Assembly: GCA_016186645.1 (NCBI GenBank) | Contig: JACPLF010000010.1 | Span: 10,269-74,268, forward strand | DNA: 64,000 nucleotides | From: Candidatus Levyibacteriota bacterium | Lineage (GTDB): Bacteria > Patescibacteriota > Microgenomatia > Levybacterales > UBA12049 | Direction: 5' to 3' | Part shown: positions 46,736 through 55,869 of the stretch, in pieces | Numbering within the stretch: position 1 is the first letter of the stretch | How the letters are laid out: each line of letters opens with the position of its first letter | The notes under the pieces: generated by a model | Seen by the model: only the letters and a program-made list of their open reading frames with translations | What the model was told of the DNA's origin: nothing | The model's database searches: none | Position numbers and translations under genes: made by a program

Positions 46736-47698
46736 TTATTGTAACATATTGTCAAGCGCTTGTTTTAGGGAGTTAAGACTTTCTTGATTATAAATTGAAC
46801 ATGCAAGAACTTTATCCCCTTTTTTCTTAAGGATTTTTAGATTGTTTTTAATAATTTCTTCATCTGCGAGGTCGGTTTTGGTAAACAAAATAATTTCAGG
46901 CTTGTCTAATAATGAGGTATTATATTGTTCAAATTCTTTTCTGACTGTTGAGTACACTTTTTGTACGTCTTCTGCACAAGAATCTATGCAATGAACCAAA
47001 ACCTTAGTCTTTTCAATGTGTTTTAAGAACTCCACTCCCAATCCTTTTCCTTTGGATGCTCCCTCAATTAGACCTGGGATATCTGCAATCGCATGGCTAT
47101 TCATCATTCCAATGTTTGGTTCAAGAGTTGTAAAGGGATAGTTGCCGATTTTGGGATTCGCATTTGTTAAAACACTAAGCAAACTGCTTTTGCCGGCATT
47201 TGGCAGCCCAATTAGTCCAACGTCAGCGATTATTCGTAGTTCCAAAAATAACTTTTTTTCTTCTCCGGGCGTTCCTTTTTCAGCATATCTTGGGGACTGA
47301 TTGGTGGCAGATTTAAATTCTGTATTTCCTCGTCCGCCTTTTCCGCCTTTAGCAATTAGAATAGGGGTTGTAGTGTCAATTATTTCAACAACTTTTCCTG
47401 AAGTTGTATCAGTTACTCGTGTTCCCAAAGGAAGAAGAATGGTTAAGTCTTGTGCATTTTTGCCAAATAGTTTTTTGTGCTTGCCCGGAATTCCATCATC
47501 TGCTTCAATTCTTTTCTTGTACCGAAATTCGCGAAGGTCATTCACATTTGTAGACCCCTGAAAATATACACTTCCGCCATTTCCGCCATTGCCTCCGTCA
47601 GGTCCGCCTTTGGCTTTGCCTTCGTTTCGAAGAAATGTCGCAGCGCCATCCCCGCCATTTCCAGCTTTAACAACTAATTTAATATTGTCCACCAACAT
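46736..47698 (-). CDS. obgE: GTPase ObgE/CgtA
   Basis: GGPDGGNGG, GLPNAGKS, YPFTT, DIPG. Confidence 0.95.
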   Translation of the reverse strand: MLVDNIKLVVKAGNGGDGAATFLRNEGKAKGGPDGGNGGNGGSVYFQGSTNVNDLREFRYKKRIEADDGIPGKHKKLFGKNAQDLTILLPLGTRVTDTTSGKVVEIIDTTTPILIAKGGKGGRGNTEFKSATNQSPRYAEKGTPGEEKKLFLELRIIADVGLIGLPNAGKSSLLSVLTNANPKIGNYPFTTLEPNIGMMNSHAIADIPGLIEGASKGKGLGVEFLKHIEKTKVLVHCIDSCAEDVQKVYSTVRKEFEQYNTSLLDKPEIILFTKTDLADEEIIKNNLKILKKKGDKVLACSIYNQESLNSLKQALDNMLQ

Positions 47699-47739
47699 GT
47701 CGACATTGTATCACAAGAATGGTAGAATTGAGATTGAAT

Positions 47740-47810
47740 TACGGGATCGTCTAATGGTAGGACATGGGACTCTGAATCCCATTATCTAGGTTCGAATCCT
47801 AGTCCCGTAG
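47740..47810 (+). tRNA. tRNA-Gln(CTG), CCA not encoded
   Basis: Acceptor TACGGGA/TCCCGTA, anticodon arm TGGGA-CTCTGAA-TCCCA, T arm CTAGG-TTCGAAT-CCTAG. Confidence 0.95.
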
Positions 47811-47811
47811 C

Positions 47812-48813
47812 ATGGATAATTTAAAAGCTCAGCTAAAAACAACAATAGATCCCGCTCAGGAATTGAAAGCTGGCGGTGAAACTGTCCATAATGTTTATGG
47901 CGAGATGAGCATATCCTTAAATAGGCTAGCTAAGCTGGTTAGAGGAGAAAACAGATGGAAGATAGATGATTGGAGTAGATATATCTTTGAGCCATTTTTC
48001 CAAAAAAGTGAAGAAACATTAAATACAGTCTATAGCAATCAAAAGGAAGTTAGGAAATTAATATTCAGGATTTCGCTTATCGTCGGTTTTGTTTTGATAC
48101 TAATCTTTTTTCTTCTTCCCCTAATTAAAAGTAATCGGGTCACCCTATCTTTTAATTTCAACACGAATCTACCTCGTTTAAGTAACTCTCTGGATCCGTC
48201 TATATCAAACAATCTGACGCAAAATTTTATGGCTATATCGACTTTTCTTGCCGTAATAGTCGCACTTTTTGCTGAACGATTTTGGAAATGGAAAGACAGA
48301 CCAAAAATAAAAATTGATTTTGATAAGAGCTCAGACAGATGTTTTAGATGGGCGATGGTTCCTTTGTGTAATATACAGGATGAAGGACAACGAAAAGATG
48401 TAAAAAAATACTATTTTAGACTTAAAGTTACCAATGATGGTGATGCAGCAATAAAGTTAAGAGTAAGGGTCGATATTAAAGACGAAACAGGAAGGGAAAT
48501 AGAAAGATTTGAGCCTTCCACCTTGCAATGGATTAATAAAAAGGAAGAAACAGATTTGCTAAAAGGAGAGTCTGAATATGTAAACTTTCTTTCGCAAGTG
48601 GTTAATTCTCCAGAAATAAAAAATCGGTTGACTATTGAGATTTTTGATACGAGTCCGCGAGGAATTGCGTGGGATAGACCATTAGACACATATGAATACG
48701 CTGTAACAATATATGGGGAAAACATTAAGCCAATTTTAATACATGCAAAATTTGTTCCAGATAGCAATATAATGAAACCTGGAAAATTAACAATAGGTAC
48801 GAGTTTGCGCTGA
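47812..48813 (+). CDS. Hypothetical membrane protein (accessory, after tRNA)
   Basis: 333-aa ORF, two TM segments, beta-rich C-terminal domain; start uncertain. Confidence 0.55.
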   Translation: MDNLKAQLKTTIDPAQELKAGGETVHNVYGEMSISLNRLAKLVRGENRWKIDDWSRYIFEPFFQKSEETLNTVYSNQKEVRKLIFRISLIVGFVLILIFFLLPLIKSNRVTLSFNFNTNLPRLSNSLDPSISNNLTQNFMAISTFLAVIVALFAERFWKWKDRPKIKIDFDKSSDRCFRWAMVPLCNIQDEGQRKDVKKYYFRLKVTNDGDAAIKLRVRVDIKDETGREIERFEPSTLQWINKKEETDLLKGESEYVNFLSQVVNSPEIKNRLTIEIFDTSPRGIAWDRPLDTYEYAVTIYGENIKPILIHAKFVPDSNIMKPGKLTIGTSLR

Positions 48814-48861
48814 CACCTTCCAGGCGGGAAGCTATTTTCATACAGTTTTGAGAATTGGGTA

Positions 48862-48890
48862 TTGACACGTATTGTCATGTTTGGTACAAT
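48862..48890 (+). promoter_or_regulatory. Sigma70-type promoter, leaderless
   Basis: TTGACA-17 nt-TACAAT-6 nt-ATG 48897. Confidence 0.7.
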
Positions 48891-48896
48891 TTGGTC

Positions 48897-49193
48897 ATGA
48901 TTAGCAATCAATTTTTACCTAAAGTGTACACTCCCGAACAAGTAGCTATAATGCTTCAGCTTAGCAAGAATACGATTTATCAGCTGATTAGCCGCGGTGA
49001 GATTGTGGCAAAAAAAATTGGTAAAGTTTACCGCATCCCCGCAAGCTCACTTTCTTTTATCTTTACCGGCCTTGACGAAGATCTTTATAGGGCTGAGCAG
49101 GAAGATTTAAAGAACATTGCGAAAGTGCAAAAAGAGCTTGTTGAAGTTAGGAAAAAGTTGCGTATGTCGTGCTCCCACACCCCAGCCATTTAA
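48897..49193 (+). CDS. Excisionase/MerR-like HTH protein (HTH_17)
   Basis: YTPEQVAIMLQLSKNTIYQLISRGEIVAKKIGKVYRIP. Confidence 0.85.
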   Translation: MISNQFLPKVYTPEQVAIMLQLSKNTIYQLISRGEIVAKKIGKVYRIPASSLSFIFTGLDEDLYRAEQEDLKNIAKVQKELVEVRKKLRMSCSHTPAI

Positions 49194-49319
49194 TTAAATC
49201 AAGCGGCCGCTGTCTACAATTAAATGCCTAATTTGCTCTTGACAGTTTTAATTTTAATTTAGACAGTTTTTAATATGGCGAGTTTGTTATATTGAGCTTT
49301 GATATAATAAGTAAGTTTA

Positions 49320-49874
49320 ATGAAGTACGGGAAAGTTTTTCCTCATATACTCTTTGCGGTTTTGGTTGGGGCTTTTGTTTTGATAAATAATCCTGATTTA
49401 ATAAGCAATAAGTTTAATTTTTCTTCTCCAAATACAGAAATAATTGAAACAAAAGAAACAGCAAAAGTTCGAAGAGTTATTGATGGAGATACGATTGAAG
49501 TTTTATTAAATAACAAAAAAGATGCGGTTCGGTTAATTGGGATTGATGCGCCGGAGACAGATGATCCAAGGAAAACTGTTGAATGTTTTGGAAGAGAGGC
49601 CAGCGATAAAGCGAAAGAAGTTTTAAACGGTAAAACAATTACTTTAGAATCGGATCCAACGCAAGGAGACAGAGACAAATATCATAGACTTTTGCGTTAT
49701 GTTTTTCTTAACGATTTAAATTTCAATAAATTTATGATAAGTGAAGGTTATGCTCATGAGTATACTTACAAAAGTAATCCTTATAAATATATGGAGGAGT
49801 TTATAAACGCGGAAAAGGAAGCTCGGAAAAACAAAAAAGGGCTTTGGAATGAGAACGTCTGCAAAAATCCTTAG
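49320..49874 (+). CDS. Thermonuclease (SNase-like), membrane-anchored
   Basis: RVIDGDT, VRLIGIDAPE, DKYHRLLRYV, KKGLW. Confidence 0.92.
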   Translation: MKYGKVFPHILFAVLVGAFVLINNPDLISNKFNFSSPNTEIIETKETAKVRRVIDGDTIEVLLNNKKDAVRLIGIDAPETDDPRKTVECFGREASDKAKEVLNGKTITLESDPTQGDRDKYHRLLRYVFLNDLNFNKFMISEGYAHEYTYKSNPYKYMEEFINAEKEARKNKKGLWNENVCKNP

Positions 49875-49945
49875 GTGTCAAGCTATCGTACCCCAGGGGT
49901 GTACGAGTTTTGCTTTACCTTTACTATGATATAATATTTGACGGT

Positions 49946-50281
49946 ATGGATTTAACAAAAAAACATTGTGTTCCGTGCGAAGGCGGAACACCTCCATTGT
50001 CCAACGAAAAAGAGGACGAGATGCTGAAATTAATTCAGGGATGGATGCTTGTTAGAAAGGGAACGCATAAAATTACGAGACAATTCAAATTTAAAGATTT
50101 TAAAAAAGCAATGGAATTTGTTAATAAAATTGCAGCGCTTGCTGAGAATGAGGGACACCATCCTGATATCAAAATTGTTTACAACAAAGTTCAATTGGGT
50201 CTTTTTACTCACTCTGTCGGAGGATTGTCGGAAAATGATTTTATAATGGCTTCCAAAATAAATGAACTGCCTGAAAGTTAA
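49946..50281 (+). CDS. Pterin-4-alpha-carbinolamine dehydratase
   Basis: CVPCEGG, EGHHPDI, THSVGGLSENDF. Confidence 0.9.
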   Translation: MDLTKKHCVPCEGGTPPLSNEKEDEMLKLIQGWMLVRKGTHKITRQFKFKDFKKAMEFVNKIAALAENEGHHPDIKIVYNKVQLGLFTHSVGGLSENDFIMASKINELPES

Positions 50282-51282
50282 TACCATTTTTTATGCTTGA
50301 AGTACAAGAGCATTAAGATTAGAGGGATAACCGACAATATAACAACAAAAATCAAAGTGGTATAATGCCCCCAAAAATTCCAGGGTCCTTCCTCTATCCC
50401 TCCAGGGAGCAAAATATTCATACCATAAAATGTTCCAATAACTGTTGCCGGGATTGTCAAAGTAAACATGATCGTCAAAGTTGCCATAATTTGATTTGTT
50501 TTGGAACGAAGTAGGAATTCACTGCTTTCAGATATTCCTCCGATAAGCTCCTGATTATCCTCAACCCTGTCCAAGATTTTCTGTAAATGGTCTAAGACGT
50601 TACCCCAGAAAGGCTGCATTGTGCCGTTGAGATTTTCATATTTTCCTTCTTCAAGGCTTGAAAATAATGGTAGAATAGGCTTGATCATTGTATGAAATAC
50701 TACGAGGTTTCTTCTGGTTGTGGAGATGTCCTCCAAGATTCTTTGAGACTGTTTATATTCCAAGTCTTTATCAATTTTGTCAATAGTTGCAGTTAGCTCG
50801 TTAATAACTGGAAAGCAAGTGTCTACCAGGGCATCTATAATTTTGTAGGCAAGGAATACCGATCCTTGAGACATATATTCGGTTCGATTGTGAAGAGTTT
50901 TTTGGCAAAGGGAAAAGATATGCTCAATTTGAGGCAGCGTTCCGTCATGAACAACTACGATATATTCTTGCGCAATAAAGAAATTTACGTAGCTGCTTAG
51001 CAATCTTCGCTTTTTGAAATACATATGAAAAGCGGGAAGATGCACTACGCCATATTGATGCGAATTTTGAGGCACGTTTTCGGTAAAAAGAGGAAAGCGG
51101 AGAACGATAAGATCGTATTTTTTGTGATTCTCTATTTTGGGTATTTGTGTTTTATGAACGTAGTCTTCCAAGTTTAAGGAATTAAAGTAATAATTGTTCT
51201 TGAGATATTTCATCTCGAAGTCAGTAGGCTTCTCGACATTTACAAAAGATAGTCTTTCGAAGTTAACCGTTTGTACATTCAT
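50278..51282 (-). CDS. corA: CorA-family magnesium transporter
   Basis: YGMN signature, two C-terminal TM segments, KKWY. Confidence 0.88.
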   Translation of the reverse strand: MNVQTVNFERLSFVNVEKPTDFEMKYLKNNYYFNSLNLEDYVHKTQIPKIENHKKYDLIVLRFPLFTENVPQNSHQYGVVHLPAFHMYFKKRRLLSSYVNFFIAQEYIVVVHDGTLPQIEHIFSLCQKTLHNRTEYMSQGSVFLAYKIIDALVDTCFPVINELTATIDKIDKDLEYKQSQRILEDISTTRRNLVVFHTMIKPILPLFSSLEEGKYENLNGTMQPFWGNVLDHLQKILDRVEDNQELIGGISESSEFLLRSKTNQIMATLTIMFTLTIPATVIGTFYGMNILLPGGIEEGPWNFWGHYTTLIFVVILSVIPLILMLLYFKHKKWY

Positions 51283-51376
51283 AAGCCGTATACTATAATA
51301 TTAGTACTTAGGAAGAGTTTGTCAATCCCCAGGGTATTGACAATTAGCAGATGGTATGATAGATTGCTAATTAAAT

Positions 51377-53728
51377 ATGGAAAAACTGATTCCTTTAATT
51401 CCAATAAGAGACGGAGTAATATTTCCCAACACAGATTCGGTTTTGACTTTTGGCAGGCCAAAAAGTCTGGCCGCATTAGAATCATCTTTTTCCAGCGAAA
51501 GAATTGTCTGTTTTGTTCTTCAAAAAAACTCCAAACTTAACGATCCAAGCCCCTCAGATTTATATGGCATCGGAACTCTCTCCCGTATTGAGAGAATGAC
51601 AAGGACTGAAGGGGAAATAATTGCACAAGTAAGGGGCATTACGAGGGTCAAAATAAAGTCTATCTTTGAGGAGAGCTCATACTTAATGGCAAAAGTAATT
51701 GAAGTCCCCGATATAGTGGATAACAGCCCCGAAATAAAAGCTTTATGCAATCATTTAACTAACGAATTCAGGCGTGCGATGAACCTTGGGAAGACTGTAG
51801 ACTTTTTGGTGTTCATGAATATCATGTCGGACAATTCTCCTTATGAATTTGCAGATCTTATTGCCTCAGTTTTGGACATAAAACCTTCAGAACGCCAGGA
51901 GTTATTGGAAATTAACGATGTTAGGAAAAGACTTGAAAAAATTACAGACCTTCTCACAAAAGAGCTAAAAGTTCTGGAACTTGAAAAACGTATTGCTTCC
52001 AAAACTCAGGAGAGATTTGAAAAGGGAGCAAGGGAAGCAATTCTTCGGGAGAGACTTAAGACTATAGAAAAAGAACTTGGGGATGAGGATGAAACAGGAA
52101 CGCAGGAGATTTTGGAAAAAATTAAAAAAGCTGGGATGCCTCCAGAAACCGAAGAAAAAGCCAGAAAAGAAGCTAAGAAACTGTCTCAAATGGCTCAATT
52201 CAATCCCGAGGCAGGATATATTAGAAATTATTTGGAATGGCTGGTTTCTCTTCCATGGGTAGCAAAAAGTCAGAATAATTTGGATATTAAAAAAGCAGAG
52301 AAGATTTTGGATGAAGATCATTACGGACTAAAGAAAGCCAAAGAAAGAATCGTTGAATATCTAGCGGTTCACAAACTGTCTGGGAAAATGAAAGGTCCGA
52401 TACTTTGTTTTGCAGGACCTCCGGGAGTTGGAAAAACCTCAATTGGAAAATCCATTGCAAGGAGTTTGGGCAGAAAATTCGTAAGAGTTTCTTTGGGCGG
52501 AATCAGAGATGAGGCGGAGATAAGAGGACATAGAAGAACATATGTTGGCGCACTTCCGGGACGTATAATACAGGGAGTAAAAGATGCCGGTACGCATAAT
52601 CCTGTTTTTATGCTTGATGAAATCGATAAGGTGGGTACGGACTTTAGGGGAGATCCTTCGTCCGCGCTTTTGGAAGCATTGGATCCGGAACAGAATAATC
52701 AATTTTCAGACCACTATCTTGAAGTGCCCTTTGATTTATCCGACGTAATGTTTGTTACAACAGCAAATGTTTTGGATACAATCCCGCCCGCATTAAGAGA
52801 CAGGCTTGAAGTTATAAATTTTGCAGGTTACACGCACGATGAAAAATTCAAAATTGCCAGGGAATTCTTGCTTAAAAAGCAAATAGAAAATCATGGTCTA
52901 AGTCAGGATAAGATTGAAATAACGGACAATGCTGTTCGTTTTATCATAGAGCATTACACCAGAGAAGCAGGAGTTAGAAGTCTTGAACGGCAAATTGCGG
53001 CAATTCTTAGAAAAGCCGCAAAATTGATAGCAGAAGGTAAGGTTAAAAAATTAAAAGTGACTGAGAAAGATGTCACTAAATATCTTGGGCCAATCAAGAT
53101 AAGCTCAACTTTTCTTGAGAAGAAAGATGAGATCGGAATGTCCACAGGACTTGCCTGGACTGAGGCAGGAGGAGACATCTTATTTATCGAAGTTGCATTA
53201 ATGCCGGGAAAGGGTCAGCTGATTCTCACAGGTCAGCTGGGGGATGTAATGAAAGAATCTTGCCAGGCAGCAATGTCTTATATCAGGGCTCGTGCCCGAC
53301 AATTCGGTTTGTCAGATAAATTTTATCAGAAAATTGATGTGCATGTGCATGTTCCCGAGGGCGCTGTTCCCAAAGATGGTCCATCGGCCGGGATTGCAAT
53401 TACTTCGGCGATAATGTCGGCTCTGACAAAAATTCCTGTAAATAGAAGGGTTGGAATGACAGGGGAAATTACCTTACGAGGTAGGGTTATGGAAATCGGC
53501 GGACTCAAAGAGAAAGTTATTGCCGCTCACAGAGCAGGACTTAAAACAATTATTGTTCCAAAAGAGAACAAGAAAGATTTGGTAGAATTGCCAAAAGAAG
53601 TTCTGAAGGACTTAACTTTTAAATTCGTTTCTCACATGGATGAGGTAATAGGGATTGCCTTCAAAAGACCATTGAGATTAAGACAAACAGATTCTCCACA
53701 GCATCTCCAAGCCGTCCTCCACGCCTAA
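51377..53728 (+). CDS. lon: ATP-dependent protease La
   Basis: GPPGVGKTS, RRTYVGALPG, LDEIDK, PKDGPSAG. Confidence 0.97.
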   Translation: MEKLIPLIPIRDGVIFPNTDSVLTFGRPKSLAALESSFSSERIVCFVLQKNSKLNDPSPSDLYGIGTLSRIERMTRTEGEIIAQVRGITRVKIKSIFEESSYLMAKVIEVPDIVDNSPEIKALCNHLTNEFRRAMNLGKTVDFLVFMNIMSDNSPYEFADLIASVLDIKPSERQELLEINDVRKRLEKITDLLTKELKVLELEKRIASKTQERFEKGAREAILRERLKTIEKELGDEDETGTQEILEKIKKAGMPPETEEKARKEAKKLSQMAQFNPEAGYIRNYLEWLVSLPWVAKSQNNLDIKKAEKILDEDHYGLKKAKERIVEYLAVHKLSGKMKGPILCFAGPPGVGKTSIGKSIARSLGRKFVRVSLGGIRDEAEIRGHRRTYVGALPGRIIQGVKDAGTHNPVFMLDEIDKVGTDFRGDPSSALLEALDPEQNNQFSDHYLEVPFDLSDVMFVTTANVLDTIPPALRDRLEVINFAGYTHDEKFKIAREFLLKKQIENHGLSQDKIEITDNAVRFIIEHYTREAGVRSLERQIAAILRKAAKLIAEGKVKKLKVTEKDVTKYLGPIKISSTFLEKKDEIGMSTGLAWTEAGGDILFIEVALMPGKGQLILTGQLGDVMKESCQAAMSYIRARARQFGLSDKFYQKIDVHVHVPEGAVPKDGPSAGIAITSAIMSALTKIPVNRRVGMTGEITLRGRVMEIGGLKEKVIAAHRAGLKTIIVPKENKKDLVELPKEVLKDLTFKFVSHMDEVIGIAFKRPLRLRQTDSPQHLQAVLHA

Positions 53729-53788
53729 GATTTGGTTTGGTTGCTAAACTTGTTTGAATAGTTATTTTAGAGTAAAATAAGCTGTAAA

Positions 53789-53862
53789 GGCGCTTTCGTC
53801 TAGTGGTCTAGGACGTCACCTTCTCAAGGTGAATATCACGGGTTCGAATCCCGTAAGCGCTA
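53789..53862 (+). tRNA. tRNA-Glu(CTC), CCA not encoded
   Basis: Acceptor GGCGCTT/AAGCGCT, anticodon arm TCACC-TTCTCAA-GGTGA, T arm ACGGG-TTCGAAT-CCCGT. Confidence 0.95.
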
Positions 53863-53925
53863 CTGTCTTAAGTTTCCGAACAAGCTAAATTGTTCTACCT
53901 CTCAATTTTTAGTATAATTTTTTGT

Positions 53926-54681
53926 ATGGAGCAAATTTATTTATCCGTTGTAATTCCGTCTTATGATGAGATGGCGAATTTGCAAAAAGGGGTTTTGGAT
54001 AAAGTTGAACATTTCCTAAGCCGGAAAAAGTATTCTTTTGAGGTAATTATTGTTGATGACGGCTCAACTGATGGAAGCGTTGAATTTGTTAAAGAGTTTA
54101 TTAAGGATAATCCCAACTTTAGGCTTATTGAGAATCCTCATTTGGGTAAAGCGGGAGCGGTAACAACCGGCATCCTTAATTCAAAAGGAGCATGTGTGCT
54201 TTTTTCCGATATGGATCAAGCAACTCCGATTGAAGAGGTTGATAAGCTATTGCCATATTTTAATGAGAATTACGATATTGTAATTGGGTCAAGGAAATCC
54301 CAGAGAAAAGGCGCGCCATGGACAAGAATTCTTATGGCAAAAGGAATGATTTTCTTAAGAACATTATTGGTAAATATTCATGGCATCTCAGATACTCAAT
54401 GCGGGTTCAAAATGTTCAAAAGAGAAGTAGCATTAAAACTTTTTGGCAGGATTAATGAAATGCATCATAATTTTAAAAAAGTTTCAGGATCAAGTGTTAC
54501 TGCGGGATTTGATGTTGAACTTTTGTATCTTGCACAAAAAATGGGATATAAGATCAAAGAAGTCCCCGTTAGTTGGTTGTATGTTGAAACAAGAAGGGTC
54601 AGTCCTATAAAGGATTCGGTAGAAGGCCTCATAGACCTTATCCGGATAAAAGGAAAGTCTCTTGGAGGAGGCTATAATTGA
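53926..54681 (+). CDS. GT2 polyprenol-phosphate glucosyltransferase (Alg5-like)
   Basis: VDDGSTD, GKAGAV, DMD, DTQCGFK, FDVELL. Confidence 0.88.
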   Translation: MEQIYLSVVIPSYDEMANLQKGVLDKVEHFLSRKKYSFEVIIVDDGSTDGSVEFVKEFIKDNPNFRLIENPHLGKAGAVTTGILNSKGACVLFSDMDQATPIEEVDKLLPYFNENYDIVIGSRKSQRKGAPWTRILMAKGMIFLRTLLVNIHGISDTQCGFKMFKREVALKLFGRINEMHHNFKKVSGSSVTAGFDVELLYLAQKMGYKIKEVPVSWLYVETRRVSPIKDSVEGLIDLIRIKGKSLGGGYN

Positions 54682-55865
54682 AAAAATTCTCATTCTCAAA
54701 CGTTGGATATCTAATTGCTGTAATTGGATTATTTTTTTATTCCTTTACTCAAGTTGATCTAAGTCTTACTTTGTCTCAGATATCCATATGGCAGGTATTT
54801 GAAAAGTTTTTTCAGCACATTGGTTATTTTCAAAGACCTCTTTCCGGTTGGTTATTCATTGGCACTGTATCTTTACTTTTTATTTTTTATCTGGCTATAC
54901 TTCGTGGCGTTCATAAAAAAAAGATTTCCAGAGAAACAATTTGGTTTTTAATTATCTCAACTGTAGTACTTTTGGCCTTTTCTTATAATGCATTTTCTTA
55001 TGATCTTTTCAATTATATTTTTGATGCAAAGATTGTAACCAACTACAATCTAAATCCGTACACACATAAGGCTTTAGATTTTCCTGGTGACCCAATGCTT
55101 TCTTTTATGCACTCGACTCACCGGCCATACCCTTATGGCCCGGTCTGGATATTGTTAACAGCTCCTCTGTCTTTTTTAGGTTTTGGATTTTTCTTGCCGA
55201 CTTTTCTTATTTTCAAAACTTTTATTGCAGCAAGTTTTTTAGGATCTAGTTATTTCTTAGAAAAGATTTTAAAGCAAGTAAAAATACAAGATGATTTATT
55301 TGCCCTATCTTTTTTCGCTCTTAATCCTCTTGTTATTGTTGAATCATTGGTTTCAGGACACAATGATATTGTTATGATTTTTTTATCATTATGGTCTTTG
55401 TATTTAATAATAAATAAAAAATATATTGGAGCATTTCTATTGTTAGTATTATCAATAGGAATAAAATTTGCAACCGTAATTTTATTGCCGGTATTTATCT
55501 ATATTTTGGTGAAACAATTAAAAAATAATGCAATCGATTTCAAGAAAATTTTCATGATTGCCTTTATCTCAATGTGCTCAGCTGTTACAATAACTTCATT
55601 CGCCTCCGGCATAAATAAAAATCCAGAGATTCAGCCTTGGTATTTTCTTATGGTTTTTCCTTTTGCGGCCCTTGTAGCTCATAAAAGGCTGATTGTTTTT
55701 CTTTCAATTTGCATATCTGTTGGAATGCTAATTTCGTATATTCCATATCTTTTGATGGGTGAGTGGCCAAAGGATATTGCTGAGCTAAAAGTAAAATTAT
55801 TGATTTTATCAATAGGTTTGGGATTTTTTCTTTACGCTATCAAAAGGAGGTTTCTGATAAAATAA
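54678..55865 (+). CDS. GT-C membrane glycosyltransferase (MptA/B-like)
   Basis: SYDLFNY, PYGPVW, LNPL..E...GHND. Confidence 0.75.
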   Translation: MKKFSFSNVGYLIAVIGLFFYSFTQVDLSLTLSQISIWQVFEKFFQHIGYFQRPLSGWLFIGTVSLLFIFYLAILRGVHKKKISRETIWFLIISTVVLLAFSYNAFSYDLFNYIFDAKIVTNYNLNPYTHKALDFPGDPMLSFMHSTHRPYPYGPVWILLTAPLSFLGFGFFLPTFLIFKTFIAASFLGSSYFLEKILKQVKIQDDLFALSFFALNPLVIVESLVSGHNDIVMIFLSLWSLYLIINKKYIGAFLLLVLSIGIKFATVILLPVFIYILVKQLKNNAIDFKKIFMIAFISMCSAVTITSFASGINKNPEIQPWYFLMVFPFAALVAHKRLIVFLSICISVGMLISYIPYLLMGEWPKDIAELKVKLLILSIGLGFFLYAIKRRFLIK

Positions 55866-55869
55866 GTTT

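Noticed and set aside
47740-49300. Prophage or integrative element at tRNA-Gln
   Set aside because: No integrase, phage genes or duplicated tRNA 3' end seen
51320-51342. Inverted repeat TGTCAAT...ATTGACA (similar TTGACA...TGTCAA at 25555-25573)
   Set aside because: Explained by -35 boxes of divergent promoters
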